64,000 nt of DNA from an uncultured Gammaproteobacteria bacterium (lineage in GTDB: Bacteria > Pseudomonadota > Gammaproteobacteria > JAGOUU01): NCBI GenBank assembly GCA_964609155.1, contig CAZSRF010000001.1:19166-83165 (forward strand). The letters are read 5' to 3'. The notes below the pieces were generated by a model. That model saw nothing but the letters and a program-made list of their open reading frames with translations. It searched no databases and was not told where the DNA came from. Position 1 is the first letter of the stretch, and each line of letters starts with the position of its first letter. Both the position numbers and the translations under genes were made by a program. Positions 18,577 to 30,425 of the stretch are shown here, piece after piece.

Positions 18577-20175
18577 ATGAACTTAAAAACTAAGTCACCA
18601 TTGACATTAATTATCCTTGATGGTTTTGGTTATAGTGAATCTCCTCATCTTTCTCCAAAATACAATGCTATTTTAATGGCCAATACGCCTAATTGGGACA
18701 AGCTTTGGCAACATGAGCAACATTGCCTCTTAGATTGTAGTGGTAAAGCTGTAGGATTACCAGACAATCAAATGGGCAACTCTGAAGTTGGACATATGAA
18801 CATAAGTGCTGGGCGTGTTATATATCAGGATCTTACTAAAATCGATTTGGAAATAGAGTCAGAAAAATTTTTTTCTAACCCTGTATTACAAACAATCCTA
18901 ACAGATACTAAAATCCATAATAGAACACTACATGTCTGTGGTTTAGTGTCAGACGGAGGTGTACACAGCCACTTAAGACACTATCTGGCACTAGCTAATA
19001 TGGCGTCACAATACAAAATTGAACACTTTTATGTTCATGCTTTTCTGGATGGTCGTGACACCCCTCCTAAATCAGCTCTTAGCAATCTCATAGAATTAGA
19101 TAATTTATTAAAAAAAAATAATATTGGTAAAATTGTTAGCATTATAGGGCGTTACTATGCCATGGATCGTGATAAACGCTGGGATCGAACTAATCTTGCT
19201 TTTGATTTATTAACTGGTAAGTTAAATAAAGACACCTGTTTTATCTATCCTGATATTCACGCCGCTCTCAATGCTGCTTATGAACGTGGAGAAACTGATG
19301 AGTTTGTTAAGCCGACTATTATAGCGAGCTATCCAAGCTCACAGATCGACTCTAAAATAAAAACAGATGATAATCTTATTTTTATGAACTTTCGAGCTGA
19401 CAGAGCACGCCAGTTATCTGAATTATTCACTGGTAAAACCATGCCTCTTTCTGATCAAATTAAGCTTCATCAATTTGTTATACTTACTCAATATGAACAA
19501 AATCTTTTACCTGATAAATATATAGCCTATCCACCTACGACTTATAATAACATGTTGGGCGAATTTCTAAGTAAAAATAACTATACCCAACTTAGGATAG
19601 CTGAGACTGAAAAATATGCTCATGTTACTTTCTTTTTTAATGGCGGTAAAGAAGAGGCCTTTCCAAATGAAGATAGAATTCTCATCCCTTCTCCTAAAGT
19701 TAAAACCTATGATTTAAAGCCAGAAATGAGTGCTTATGAATTAACAACAAGGCTATGCGAAGCGATAGAAAATGGAAAGTATGACGTTATTATTTGTAAC
19801 TATGCAAACCCTGATATGGTTGGGCACACTGGCGATCTTAATGCTACTATTAAAGCTATAGAAGTAATTGATGAATGCATTGGGAATGTTGTAAGTTCTA
19901 TAAATAAAACTGGTGGCCAAATGTTAATAACTGCTGATCACGGCAATGCTGAATGTATGTTTGATCAAGAAACAAAGCAGGCACATACAGCTCATACAAA
20001 CTCTTTAGTACCTCTGTTATATTATGGCAGCGATTTTAATAGTAAGAAAGTAACCACAGTTGCTAAGCAAGGCAGTCTAATAGATATTGCACCCACCTTG
20101 CTTTATTTGATTGGACTTCAACCACCTCTTGAAATGACAGGGAATATATTATTTAAATTCAATGAACAATATTAA
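18577..20175 (+). CDS. gpmI: 2,3-bisphosphoglycerate-independent phosphoglycerate mutase
   Basis: The iPGM family shows along the full length (LIILDGFG..., GLVSDGGVHSH, ADHGNAE). Confidence 0.9.
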   Translation: MNLKTKSPLTLIILDGFGYSESPHLSPKYNAILMANTPNWDKLWQHEQHCLLDCSGKAVGLPDNQMGNSEVGHMNISAGRVIYQDLTKIDLEIESEKFFSNPVLQTILTDTKIHNRTLHVCGLVSDGGVHSHLRHYLALANMASQYKIEHFYVHAFLDGRDTPPKSALSNLIELDNLLKKNNIGKIVSIIGRYYAMDRDKRWDRTNLAFDLLTGKLNKDTCFIYPDIHAALNAAYERGETDEFVKPTIIASYPSSQIDSKIKTDDNLIFMNFRADRARQLSELFTGKTMPLSDQIKLHQFVILTQYEQNLLPDKYIAYPPTTYNNMLGEFLSKNNYTQLRIAETEKYAHVTFFFNGGKEEAFPNEDRILIPSPKVKTYDLKPEMSAYELTTRLCEAIENGKYDVIICNYANPDMVGHTGDLNATIKAIEVIDECIGNVVSSINKTGGQMLITADHGNAECMFDQETKQAHTAHTNSLVPLLYYGSDFNSKKVTTVAKQGSLIDIAPTLLYLIGLQPPLEMTGNILFKFNEQY

Positions 20176-21295
20176 ATTATTTATAGCGAAAAAAAAAATC
20201 TCTAAATTTATTATACTGTTATCTCTTTTATGTACGTCGGTATATGCAGAGAATTTGAGTTTAAAAAAAATTCATGAACTCCAGAATATAATTTTAAGTG
20301 AAAATACCAAATTATCTCGATTAGAATTAGAGTTAAAAGCACTTGATAGCCAAATTTCTGAAAAGTCACAAGATCTACAAAAATTAAATAATATTATAAC
20401 CAAAATTATGAATGCAAAACTTGATTTGCAGCGTAAAAAAACAACACAATTTGATGCCCTTTACTTTCAAAAACAACAGCTGATAAAACAACTAAAAAGT
20501 TCTTACGTTATCCAAAGAAACAATAATGTTCAAAAACTTGCCCATATAAATAATTTACAGCAATTACATAGACTACTTAATTATCTCGAAAGTATTAATA
20601 CTAGTAGCGTTGCACAAATCAAAGCTATAAAAGACTCTATTGGTCAGTTAGAAGAGCTAGATAATAATCTAAATTTACTTAATATAAAACAACAGCAATA
20701 CAAACAACAAATAGCTGTTGCATATAATAATTTAAAAGATCTAAAAGATAATAATTTACAGCTAAAACAACAACTGTTACTTTCGCTAGGTCAAAATAAA
20801 GCAAAATTAACTTCTTATCAGACGCGTTACAATAGCCTCAATAATTTTAGTAATAATCCCATTTATAAAGAAGCGACCATCAATAGTAAAAGTTTATTTA
20901 ACAGAGCCAAAGGAACTCTAGCCTTGCCTGTTAATGGCATCATAGATCATGATTTTAAAAATATTGATCAAAGGCAGGCTATTTTTATTAAAACGAAGGA
21001 GGGGCAACAAGTTCGTTCAGTATTCGACGGACAAGTAGTATTTTCTAATTGGCTACGTGGCTTTGGTTTCTTAACCATTGTTAACCATAAAGATGGTTTT
21101 ATGAGTCTGTATGGGCATAATCAAACTTTATTAAAAAAATCTGGTGATATCGTAAAAACTGGGGAAGTGCTAGCATTAACTGGCGCCAGTGGTAGTACTG
21201 AAGAACCTGGTTTGTATTTTGAGATTCGTCATAATGGTAATACAGTGAATCCATTAGCATGGTTAAAAAATGATACTAACAAGGCCATCGTATAA
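20162..21295 (+). CDS. envC: murein hydrolase activator EnvC-like (coiled coil + M23/LytM domain)
   Basis: Signal peptide, a long Q/N/L-rich coiled coil and a C-terminal LytM domain (YGHNQTLL..., GSTEEPGLYFEIRHNG). It follows gpmI, as in E. coli. Confidence 0.8.
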   Translation: MNNIKLFIAKKKISKFIILLSLLCTSVYAENLSLKKIHELQNIILSENTKLSRLELELKALDSQISEKSQDLQKLNNIITKIMNAKLDLQRKKTTQFDALYFQKQQLIKQLKSSYVIQRNNNVQKLAHINNLQQLHRLLNYLESINTSSVAQIKAIKDSIGQLEELDNNLNLLNIKQQQYKQQIAVAYNNLKDLKDNNLQLKQQLLLSLGQNKAKLTSYQTRYNSLNNFSNNPIYKEATINSKSLFNRAKGTLALPVNGIIDHDFKNIDQRQAIFIKTKEGQQVRSVFDGQVVFSNWLRGFGFLTIVNHKDGFMSLYGHNQTLLKKSGDIVKTGEVLALTGASGSTEEPGLYFEIRHNGNTVNPLAWLKNDTNKAIV

Positions 21296-21509
21296 AGTTA
21301 TATACCAAGCTAAATAATACCTGTACTTTAACTTCAAACTTGGCATTTACTAATTTTTTATCTCACAAACTAAAATAAAATCTAACTTGAAGTTTAAAAT
21401 TACCAATACGGGTCTATAATAAATTTACAAGAGTATTAGGGACTCTGTGAGAATAAAAAAAAATAATAACAATAATAAGTAAAATTATAAATTATCACTC
21501 GAGCACTTT

Positions 21510-23018
21510 ATGCAATTTAAAAACAAATTAATTTATATACTTTTTTTCTTACCTTCTTTTTCTTCAACTTATTTTGCGCAAACTAAGATAAATAATTCTG
21601 TAATTTTACCCAGGGTTGAAGAACCTGTTACAGAGTCTAGTTCAAGCAACGAAATCCCTTTAGAACAACTGCAAAATTTTGCAAATGTAGTAAATACTAT
21701 AAAACATTTTTATGTCAAACCTGTTGATGATAAAGAACTTTTCGATAACGCTATTCGTGGAATGCTAGCTGGACTTGATCCCCATTCCGGTTTTTTAGAT
21801 AAAACAGAATTTGAAGAATTAAAAACAAGCACCTCTGGTAAATTTGGTGGCTTAGGCATCGAGGTAACCATGGAAGATGGGTTTGTAAAAGTTATAGCTC
21901 CATTGGACGACACGCCTGCTCATAAAGCAGGTGTTAAACCTGGTGATCTAATAGTAAAAATAGATAAAACTCCTGTAAAAGGCCTGTCTCTTAAAGATGC
22001 CGTCGATCTTATGCGTGGTAAACCTGGTTCAGAAATTGCTCTACTGATTGTAAGACAAAATGAGACATCGCCACTAGAGCTTAAAATGGCTCGCGATATC
22101 ATAAAAATTAAAAGTGTAAAAAATGAAGTATTGCAAGATTCTTATGGTTACATAAGAGTATCCCAATTCCAAGCTGATACTGAAGAGAATGTTATAAAGT
22201 CATACAATGAAATCAAAGATAAAGCAAAGGATCATAAACTAAAAGGATTAATTTTAGATCTTAGAAATAATCCCGGTGGTATCTTATCTGGAGCTATTAA
22301 AATATCCGATCTTTTTTTAGATAATCAGAGAATTAAAGATAATCAAGTGATTGTATCAACTAAAGGCAGGGTACAAGATTCTGATTCTAATGCTTATATT
22401 AAAGACGGTGATATGACTAATAACTTACCTTTAGTTGTCCTTGTGAATAAAGGTTCTGCTTCCGCTTCCGAAATTGTTGCAGGCGCCTTACAAGATCATA
22501 AACGTGCTATTATTTTAGGCACACCTACTTTCGGTAAGGGTTCTGTACAAACAGTTTTACCTCTTAAGGGCAATAGAGGATTAAAACTCACCACGGCGCT
22601 TTATTACACGCCTTCAGGTAAATCTATTCAGGCCACCGGTATAACTCCTGATATCATTGTTGATGATTTAATGGTAAAAAGCCGTGATAAAAAGTTTAGT
22701 GACATTTCAGAGGCTGATCTTAAAGCACACTTAGCCAATGGTAATAGTAATTCTGAAGATGATAACGATAAAAAACAATTAAAATTAAATACTAAAGTAG
22801 AAACTGACAGTACTGACGATAGCACAAAACCTGCCAGTCCTGCTCCTGACAAAAATAAATCAAATTCAAACTTAACGCCCACTAAAGCAACTGATAAATC
22901 TGATAAGTCTGATAAGAACAGCAAAGATAACAAATTAAGCTTAGCTGAAGAAGATTATCAGCTTAATGAAGCATTAAATGTTCTCAAAGGGTTAAGTTTA
23001 ACCAGTATGACTAATTAA
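21510..23018 (+). CDS. prc: carboxyl-terminal processing protease (S41)
   Basis: A PDZ domain (GLGIEV...GVKPGDLIVKID) and the S41 catalytic region (GSASASEIVAGAL, TFGKGSVQ) are present. The tail is K/D/S-rich and low-complexity. Confidence 0.85.
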   Translation: MQFKNKLIYILFFLPSFSSTYFAQTKINNSVILPRVEEPVTESSSSNEIPLEQLQNFANVVNTIKHFYVKPVDDKELFDNAIRGMLAGLDPHSGFLDKTEFEELKTSTSGKFGGLGIEVTMEDGFVKVIAPLDDTPAHKAGVKPGDLIVKIDKTPVKGLSLKDAVDLMRGKPGSEIALLIVRQNETSPLELKMARDIIKIKSVKNEVLQDSYGYIRVSQFQADTEENVIKSYNEIKDKAKDHKLKGLILDLRNNPGGILSGAIKISDLFLDNQRIKDNQVIVSTKGRVQDSDSNAYIKDGDMTNNLPLVVLVNKGSASASEIVAGALQDHKRAIILGTPTFGKGSVQTVLPLKGNRGLKLTTALYYTPSGKSIQATGITPDIIVDDLMVKSRDKKFSDISEADLKAHLANGNSNSEDDNDKKQLKLNTKVETDSTDDSTKPASPAPDKNKSNSNLTPTKATDKSDKSDKNSKDNKLSLAEEDYQLNEALNVLKGLSLTSMTN

Positions 23019-23052
23019 TTAATACTCAGTAATTCCGGTTTAAATACCGGAA

Positions 23053-24678
23053 TTACGTCTTAAAAAATGCCTGCTGAATTTCTTTTTCTTTTACTATTTG
23101 CAACTCAGCCTGTTCTTTTGTTAAACACTCTCTTACTGCCCACTCAAAAATAAAGCAGCTAAAAATTAATAAGCACATTAAATCTACTCCAAACGGTAAA
23201 TAACCGTGCCCACCGAAAGTAACATCACCACAATAAGACATTATCGCCAGGCCTATTAAATATCCCCATATCCAGGCTGAATGTCTAAATGCTAAAAATG
23301 GCTTATGATTTTTATCTTGTAACAATCTGTATATAAATAAATAAACTAATCCTACCACAAGGGCTAAATACATTTTTGATAGAGTATTCCATCCAGTCCA
23401 ATAAGCGATAAGATTTAAAAACAAGAATACCATACGACAAATTAATCCATACAATGGTAACTTAAATGGTCTTGCTTGATCAGGGACCTGTTTTCTTAAT
23501 GTGTACAAAGAAATAGGAGCGATAGCATGTGATACAACTAACGCTGCAATAATCAAACTAATCATCTCTTGCCAACCTGGGAATGGCACCAACATGATTA
23601 AACCAAAAACTAGATTTACTAATAACGCATAGTATGGTGCATCTTTATAATTTAGCTTTAAGAAAAATTTTGGAAAATAACCATTCACAGACATAGCGTA
23701 ATTTATTCGAGCATTTGTAGTTACAACCATAAGTGCGCTACCAAATGGCGATACTAATGCATCGATAAAAATTATTTTAACTAAAAAACCCAGCCCTAGA
23801 ATACTCGCGATAGCTACAAAAGGACCACTATCAGAGCCTTGATTAACACCCATATAATTACTAAATGAAAAATTTTGCCATCCATTAGTTAATAATTCTG
23901 GCGGCATACTAGCTACAAACGCAGTTTGCACCAAAGTGTAAATAACCATGCAAATTAAGATAGATCCTAATAATGCCAAGGGTAAGGTGATCTGAGGGTT
24001 CTTAACTTCCCCTCCTAATTCAACAGAGTGCCGGAAACCAAAATAAGAAAAAATAATACCTGCTAGAGGCAATGCCTTTAGCATATTTTTAACATTATCC
24101 TGCAACGAGATATCACTTATAGCTGTAATATTTTCATAATGAAACTGAGTATTCATAAGCACTATAGCAGTTAAAATAGGAACAAGTAATTTAAAATAGA
24201 CTAAGTATTTATTAAACTGCGTGGCAAATCGAATGCCCAAAATATTCACATAGCTCATTAAGATCAGTAATGCTATAGCTGATATTATACCTATTATTGA
24301 TAGATGAGTGCTATTATTAACACCAACTACAACTAAAGATGGATGATAATTAGCGCTGTATTGCAATAATGCCTGAACCTCTGCTGTGGGTATTAAAATA
24401 TAAGCTACCCAAGTGATCCAGGTCATAACGAAGCTAACAAAACCACCATGGCTAAATTGTGCGTAACGTGCAATACCTCCTGTGACTGGCAACATTGCCG
24501 AAAGCTCAGCAAAGACAACAGCAATAATCATAACGATCAAACCACCCAATACCCAAGAAAGTATTGATGCAGGTCCCGCCAATTTAGCTGCATGCAAGGG
24601 CCCTAACATCCATCCTGAGCCAATCATAGCGCCTACAGAGACAAATAATAAACCCAACCAATCTATAACCCGTTTCAC
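23053..24678 (-). CDS. APC-family amino acid permease
   Basis: About 12 predicted TM helices; GAMIGSGWMLGP near the N-terminus is typical of this family. Confidence 0.75.
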   Translation of the reverse strand: MKRVIDWLGLLFVSVGAMIGSGWMLGPLHAAKLAGPASILSWVLGGLIVMIIAVVFAELSAMLPVTGGIARYAQFSHGGFVSFVMTWITWVAYILIPTAEVQALLQYSANYHPSLVVVGVNNSTHLSIIGIISAIALLILMSYVNILGIRFATQFNKYLVYFKLLVPILTAIVLMNTQFHYENITAISDISLQDNVKNMLKALPLAGIIFSYFGFRHSVELGGEVKNPQITLPLALLGSILICMVIYTLVQTAFVASMPPELLTNGWQNFSFSNYMGVNQGSDSGPFVAIASILGLGFLVKIIFIDALVSPFGSALMVVTTNARINYAMSVNGYFPKFFLKLNYKDAPYYALLVNLVFGLIMLVPFPGWQEMISLIIAALVVSHAIAPISLYTLRKQVPDQARPFKLPLYGLICRMVFLFLNLIAYWTGWNTLSKMYLALVVGLVYLFIYRLLQDKNHKPFLAFRHSAWIWGYLIGLAIMSYCGDVTFGGHGYLPFGVDLMCLLIFSCFIFEWAVRECLTKEQAELQIVKEKEIQQAFFKT

Positions 24679-24772
24679 AGGCTTTTCTCCAAATGTTTTA
24701 TTTTAAATTATCTTTAAGATATAGCAACCCATTATTACTTAATTACCAGACCTAAATTCAATTACAACTCTA

Positions 24773-25765
24773 TTATTTACTGCGCCATACTATTTGATTG
24801 GTTAAATCTTCTAAGTATCTAGTGTATATATTGCTAGGCAATAAATTTAAATATTCTAATGCCTTACCTTGCTGTTTAATTACTTCATTGCGCGTATCGT
24901 TTATTGCATTTGCATCTTCTAACCAAAATTTTAAATCTGTAAAATCATCTTCGGTTAAATGAGCTTTCTTTATTTTTTTTACTATGTAACTAAACTTTTT
25001 GGATTGTCTTTCTTTAAGATAAATCATTGGAAGAGTTAATTTTCCCTCTAATAAATCATCTCCTATATTTTTGCCTATAGCATGAGTTTCTCCGATATAA
25101 TCAAGCAAGTCATCTTGTATTTGAAATGCTAGCCCTAAATGCAAACCAAATAAACGACTACATTCTATTAACTCCGGGGGTTGATTAGCAATTGATGCTG
25201 CAATCTCTGCAGCAATAGCAAAGAGTAATCCAGTTTTAGCTTCAATAATTTTATAGTAGATGTCAACAGTCACATCTAGCTTATTTTTATATCTTAACTG
25301 CTGTAACTCACCATTAACCATATTTTTAGCCATTTTGGGAATTAATTTGATAACATTAAAATTCTTGGTACTCGCTGCTAGATCAAAAGACAAAGCAGAA
25401 AGCCAATCACCAGTTATAATACAGTCTCTGACTCCCCATTTAATATGGGCAGTAGTTTTGTTACGACGCATTTTGGAATTATCTATAATATCATCATGCA
25501 ATAAAGTTGCAGTGTGAATCATTTCTAGAACAGCAGCTAATTTAATATGTTCATCACCTTTGTAATCAAACATTTTCGCAACTAATAATAGAATTAGCGG
25601 CCGTATACGTTTACCACCTGAGTCGATAATATACTTTGAAATTTCTGTCAGTAATTGACATGGACTATCATTTAAACTAGAATTTACTACACTTTCTAAC
25701 TTCCTTATTTCTGCTTGCAGCAATACTTTAAGATCTATATTATAATTAGTGCTATTAAGACTCAT
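24773..25765 (-). CDS. ispB: octaprenyl/polyprenyl diphosphate synthase
   Basis: It has both Asp-rich motifs (LLHDDIIDNS and FQIQDDLLD). Confidence 0.85.
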   Translation of the reverse strand: MSLNSTNYNIDLKVLLQAEIRKLESVVNSSLNDSPCQLLTEISKYIIDSGGKRIRPLILLLVAKMFDYKGDEHIKLAAVLEMIHTATLLHDDIIDNSKMRRNKTTAHIKWGVRDCIITGDWLSALSFDLAASTKNFNVIKLIPKMAKNMVNGELQQLRYKNKLDVTVDIYYKIIEAKTGLLFAIAAEIAASIANQPPELIECSRLFGLHLGLAFQIQDDLLDYIGETHAIGKNIGDDLLEGKLTLPMIYLKERQSKKFSYIVKKIKKAHLTEDDFTDLKFWLEDANAINDTRNEVIKQQGKALEYLNLLPSNIYTRYLEDLTNQIVWRSK

Positions 25766-25832
25766 TATTCAAGTTTATAATCAGTTTACAGTTTAGTAAT
25801 AACGGTTAATATACCACAAATGAAGCCACTAT

Positions 25833-28004
25833 ATGAATAACGCTAAAAAGCCAAATAAAAAGAAAGTTTTTATAATCATCCTAATCACTTTATTACTAAT
25901 CCCTATTATTAGCTTAATTTTACTTTTTACATATGTAAATCCCAATAGCTACAAATTAAAAATTACTTCCATAGCCAGTAATGCTATAAATCGCGAAGTT
26001 TCGATTGATGGTGATTTAAATTGGAGTCTCTTCCCTCTAGGTGTCACTTTAAATGACTTTAAAATAGCCAATGACCCTAAATTTAAACCAAAAGATATGA
26101 TAGCTGCAAAAAGAGCGACTTTACTCTTAGAATTATTTCCCCTTTTATCTGGTAGATACCATATAAAATATATAACCTTAAAAGACGCTGCAGTTAATTT
26201 ATCTAAAGATAAAGATGATTACACTAACTGGCAATCTATATTTAGCACAACTGATAAAAACGCAGAAAAAACTGGCAAGTTACAAGCCCCAACGACTGAT
26301 GCTCACAACACTGAAGCAACGTTTTCAATTGCAGATATTAAAATAACAAATGGTGTTATTAATTGGGAAGATCCTAAAGAACGCCTAAAAATCACAAACA
26401 TTAACATCCAGGGTTATGATATTGATGACAGCGGTAATAAACCAATACGGATTAAAGGCTCTTTAGATAGTAATTTTCAAAATAAAGAAACTAAAATAAC
26501 CGCAAAATTTGATCTAAAAACTACTCTCTTTGAAAACAACGACAGTGTAAATAAAATAACATTAGATCTTAAAGAATTTTATTTAAAACTAGGTGGAAAA
26601 ACTTACCCACAAAAACCAGAAATTAATATAAGCGGCAAAACAAATGTAAATCTCACTGAAAAAACATTTGAATTTAAAAATATTAAAGCAGATTTAAATG
26701 ACCTAGATATCACCGGTGATTTAAACGGTAACTACGATTATAAAACTCCAGGTGCACTTAATCTAAATGGCAAAATAGCAATAAAAAACGGTAATATACA
26801 GCAATTTTTTAATAGCCTTAACCTTGCTGAACAACAATATTTTTATAACAAAATTTCTGCAACTTTTACCTTCAGCACCAATAATAAAATAATAGCCGTG
26901 GATCCTATTAATTTAAAATTAGATAATGATAAAGTTAATGGCTTTATTAAAATAGATACCACACACACTCCCTACAAAATTAGCACAAATATTAAAGCTG
27001 ATAATCTAAATATTGATAAATTGCTAGGGCAATCTGACCAACAAAAAAAAGCAACAGATGAACGATCTAAAACAACTTCATCCCCTACCTCCCAAAAAGA
27101 CAATACTGAAATATTTGGCTCAGCCATAAGATCTGCTTTACAAAATATAAACATTAATCTTCTTGCTTCTATAAAAAAACTTACTTATAGCCAACTTGAT
27201 ATAACTAATTTTAATACCAATGTAACAATACGAAAGCAGAAAATAGACAGTAATACAAAATTTATTGTCTATAAAGGCCTAACAAATATCTATTCATCTA
27301 TAGACTTATCAAAAAATACTCCTTCTTGGAATGGTAAATTTAATATTAATAATTTTGATATTGAAAATTTTTTAAGGCAAAAAATGGACTCAAAACGTTG
27401 GAGTGGCTCTACCGACATAGCCCTTTCATATCAAACTTTAGGAAATAAATCTGATGAACTGCTTAAAAATTTAAATGGCAATGTAAAATTAAACCTAAAA
27501 GATGGATATTTAAATGGCATTGATTTAAATGCAATTTTTACGCTTGTTAATAAAAAATTAGACTTAACCCCCGATAGGATTATAGATATTGCTAAATCTG
27601 CATTAAGTATTTTCATAAAAAAGCCAAAAGATACAACAGCTGCTGATGAAACAAAGTTATTTAGTTTAAATGCTACGGGTGTTATCTCTAACGGCACATT
27701 ATCAAATAATGATTTAATCGCTGTAACACCCTTCTTAAAAGCAACAGGCCAAGGGCGAATTTATCTACCAGGGCCAACTATCAATTATCGAGTGACATTA
27801 TCAGACAACAATAATAAAACTAACCTTGATGTCCCTATTATCTTAACTGGTAATTTATTTGAGCCTAACTATAATGTTGACACTGCAGCATTATTGAATA
27901 GTAATTTGTTTAAGTCTATACTGCGTAAAAATCTTAAATCAATCAACAATAAATTATTACTCGACAAAGTACCTATGATTAATAATGTGTTGGAGAACCT
28001 ATGA
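25833..28004 (+). CDS. asmA: AsmA family outer-membrane assembly protein
   Basis: An N-terminal TM anchor is followed by a large Asn/Lys-rich periplasmic beta-rich domain. Architecture and size fit AsmA. Confidence 0.7.
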   Translation: MNNAKKPNKKKVFIIILITLLLIPIISLILLFTYVNPNSYKLKITSIASNAINREVSIDGDLNWSLFPLGVTLNDFKIANDPKFKPKDMIAAKRATLLLELFPLLSGRYHIKYITLKDAAVNLSKDKDDYTNWQSIFSTTDKNAEKTGKLQAPTTDAHNTEATFSIADIKITNGVINWEDPKERLKITNINIQGYDIDDSGNKPIRIKGSLDSNFQNKETKITAKFDLKTTLFENNDSVNKITLDLKEFYLKLGGKTYPQKPEINISGKTNVNLTEKTFEFKNIKADLNDLDITGDLNGNYDYKTPGALNLNGKIAIKNGNIQQFFNSLNLAEQQYFYNKISATFTFSTNNKIIAVDPINLKLDNDKVNGFIKIDTTHTPYKISTNIKADNLNIDKLLGQSDQQKKATDERSKTTSSPTSQKDNTEIFGSAIRSALQNININLLASIKKLTYSQLDITNFNTNVTIRKQKIDSNTKFIVYKGLTNIYSSIDLSKNTPSWNGKFNINNFDIENFLRQKMDSKRWSGSTDIALSYQTLGNKSDELLKNLNGNVKLNLKDGYLNGIDLNAIFTLVNKKLDLTPDRIIDIAKSALSIFIKKPKDTTAADETKLFSLNATGVISNGTLSNNDLIAVTPFLKATGQGRIYLPGPTINYRVTLSDNNNKTNLDVPIILTGNLFEPNYNVDTAALLNSNLFKSILRKNLKSINNKLLLDKVPMINNVLENL

Positions 28005-28273
28005 GCAGGATAATATTTTGCCGAAAGCTGCAAGCTAAATTAGAAGGCCTATCTAAGGCTCCCTACCCCGGCGAATTAGGGCAAGAAATTTATCAACATA
28101 TTTCAAAACAAGCATGGAATGATTGGATTAACCATCAGACAATGCTTATCAACGAGTATAGATTAAGCTTAATCGAACCCAAGGCTCGTCAATTTTTAGA
28201 AAAAGAAATGGTAAATTTTCTATTCCACAATAACTCAGAAAAACCCAGTGGCTTTACTCCCATTGAAGATTAA
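28001..28273 (+). CDS. yggX: Fe(2+)-trafficking protein YggX
   Basis: [17 protein letters not shown]...[14 protein letters not shown] is a near-canonical YggX sequence. Confidence 0.85.
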   Translation: MSRIIFCRKLQAKLEGLSKAPYPGELGQEIYQHISKQAWNDWINHQTMLINEYRLSLIEPKARQFLEKEMVNFLFHNNSEKPSGFTPIED

Positions 28274-28285
28274 TAGATTAATAAT

Positions 28286-28807
28286 ATGTCATATATCTAT
28301 GGTGTTCACAGAACTAGGTTTGGCGATTTTATGATTGCTATCAATCTGTTAAACAACAAATTAATTTCAGGAGAATTTGCAACTAAAATCAATAATCATA
28401 ATCTTAAAGAGTTCCTGAATGCTATTCTCAAAATCAGACCTGGAATTAATATCCAACAAAATCAGAAAAAAACAGCCCCTTTCGTCAATAAACTTTTTAA
28501 CACCTTCCGTAACCCCATAGACATAGAACCTGAATTACTAGGAACCCCATTTCAAGTCAAAGTTTGGAAAGAGTTATTAAACATTCCTTACGGTACAACC
28601 GTATGTTATCAAGATATAGCAAATAAAATTGACAATCCGCAGGCTGTGCGCGCCGTGGCAAGTAGCATTGCCAATAATCGTATCGCTTATCTTATACCAT
28701 GTCATCGTGTGATCAAGAAATCAGGCGAAACTCATAAGTATAGATGGGGTAGTGAAATTAAACAATCCATGATTGAATGGGAACAAAATAATCTTGACAC
28801 TATATAA
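28286..28807 (+). CDS. ogt: methylated-DNA--protein-cysteine methyltransferase
   Basis: Active-site IPCHRVI is present with the DNA-binding helix region. The start codon is uncertain. Confidence 0.8.
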   Translation: MSYIYGVHRTRFGDFMIAINLLNNKLISGEFATKINNHNLKEFLNAILKIRPGINIQQNQKKTAPFVNKLFNTFRNPIDIEPELLGTPFQVKVWKELLNIPYGTTVCYQDIANKIDNPQAVRAVASSIANNRIAYLIPCHRVIKKSGETHKYRWGSEIKQSMIEWEQNNLDTI

Positions 28808-28851
28808 GAATTATTGTTTAATTCTACTCTAGCTCATGTTCATTATCACAT

Positions 28852-28927
28852 GGCCTGATAGCTCAGTCGGTAGAGCAAAGGACTGAAAATCCTTGTGTCG
28901 GTGGTTCGATTCCACCTCAGGCCACCA
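28852..28927 (+). tRNA. tRNA-Phe (anticodon GAA)
   Basis: GCCTGATAGCTCAGTCGGTAGAGCAAAGGACTGAAAATCCTTGTGTCGGTGGTTCGATTCCACCTCAGGCCACCA matches the E. coli tRNA-Phe pattern. CCA is encoded. Confidence 0.9.
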
Positions 28928-29101
28928 TGTAAATCAAAATGTTATCTCTTTTTAAAAATCTTGCCGAATCCATGTGTCGAATATGTGTCGAAGGTTGAAA
29001 CAGATATTTTGTGATACATAAAAATACTGTGTCTATCTTGACAATAGCCAACATCAAATGTTAGCCTTCATTACCATAAATCCTATAGTTTCAAAATATA
29101 T

Positions 29102-29842
29102 ATGGCTAAACAATCAAACCTATCTGACAACAAAATTCATCCTTGGCGCTATTGCCCAGTTGGGAAAGATTATGTGCGTGAACATTCTATGCATATACCT
29201 CCAAGCAAAGAATATCCTAAAGGCCACATTGTAACCAGACATGCTCATTGTAGAAAAAATAGCTATAGCTCAAAAGATTCATTATCTTATGATGAAATCA
29301 TGTATATCTCTAACTCTTATTTTTCTGATCTCAGCGGTCCACCAAGAGCTAATTCTTTAAAAGATTTTAAAAACGGTGATAAATATGATGTTTTAATCCG
29401 TGGCTGGGTGCGTTATTGGAATGACGTATTAAAATATAAAGAACCATTAGATCCAAATCTAGTAAAAACATTAATTGCTTCAGAATCTAGTTTTAGAGCC
29501 GAATTAGTATTCGGCAAAGCCCATGGATTAATGCAGCTCATGCTAGAAACCTTTGGTTATATCAGTCATGACCCTCAAAAAACAGATTTAAAAGACCATT
29601 TTATAACCCTCTCTTAAAAAAATTATTTAGACCCTTCAGCTAACATTTGTGCTGGAGTACGTTGGTTATTTAGAAAAAAATCTACTACTTCTGGATTATT
29701 GGGTAGAGACGCTACATGGATAGAAGCAGTGGCAGACTATAAAAGCTATTTGAAAAATATGGTTAACGGAAAAGAGCCTAATCCAAAAGGTATGGAGCCA
29801 TTTAATAAATTTTATGCAGAAATCAACGAAAAAAAATCTTAA
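29102..29842 (+). pseudogene. lytic transglycosylase (SLT domain), frameshifted
   Basis: ESSFRAELVF...GLMQLM carries the SLT catalytic motifs. The frame breaks near an A7 run around 29610-29630. The SLT C-terminal region (LDPSANICAGVRWLF...) continues in another frame to the stop at 29840. Confidence 0.65.
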
Positions 29843-30425
29843 ATATCAAGTTAAATATTTAATAATATTTTTATTTTGTTTAGTATATAACGCGTATGGG
29901 ATTGATCCAACTATTAAAGCCAAATATCCATTTGTCCTAGTCAATGATGATCATAATATTTTAAACGAACAAGATCTAGCTGATGAATTTTATGGTACCA
30001 CATCTGTACCCATTTCTGATCAACATCATTCTATTTATTGGAAATGTTACCGTACTAAAGATATAACTATAAATTATAGAATCTTGGAATATAGTAAAGA
30101 ATGGCTTGAAGATGTTGCTGATTTAAATATTAATGCTATTGATGAAAATGGTATAGTCAATCAGTATGGCATGCGTCGAGGGATAGGAGTAACATATTGT
30201 AAAAGAGATTCCAAACATTGGAAAAAATTGATGAAAAACCAGGAACATGTTTGTATTCATGGTTTTTATATTGGTAGTGCTGAAAAATTATATAATGGCA
30301 AAAGACAACCCGTCATGGGCTGGGTTTTGAATAAACTAAAAACTAAGAGTGGCTGTCATAATTATTTTGATTCACATGATTGTTATGGCAAGGCCATAAA
30401 GTCATATGCTCATAAAATTCCCTGA
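29814..30425 (+). CDS. hypothetical secreted protein
   Basis: ORF with a signal-like N-terminus (YLIIFLFCLVYNAYG). No family recognised, and the start is uncertain. Confidence 0.4.
   Translation: MQKSTKKNLKYQVKYLIIFLFCLVYNAYGIDPTIKAKYPFVLVNDDHNILNEQDLADEFYGTTSVPISDQHHSIYWKCYRTKDITINYRILEYSKEWLEDVADLNINAIDENGIVNQYGMRRGIGVTYCKRDSKHWKKLMKNQEHVCIHGFYIGSAEKLYNGKRQPVMGWVLNKLKTKSGCHNYFDSHDCYGKAIKSYAHKIP

Noticed and set aside
21296-21509. Imperfect inverted repeat (aacttcaaactt / aacttgaagttt) in the envC-prc intergenic region
   Set aside because: The arms match only partially and are separated by about 50 bp of AT-rich DNA. The pairing is too weak to call a regulatory element or terminator.
28928-29101. 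Integrase gene expected next to tRNA-Phe
   Set aside because: No tyrosine-recombinase-like ORF is present anywhere in 28.9-38.2 kb. The island appears to have lost its integrase.
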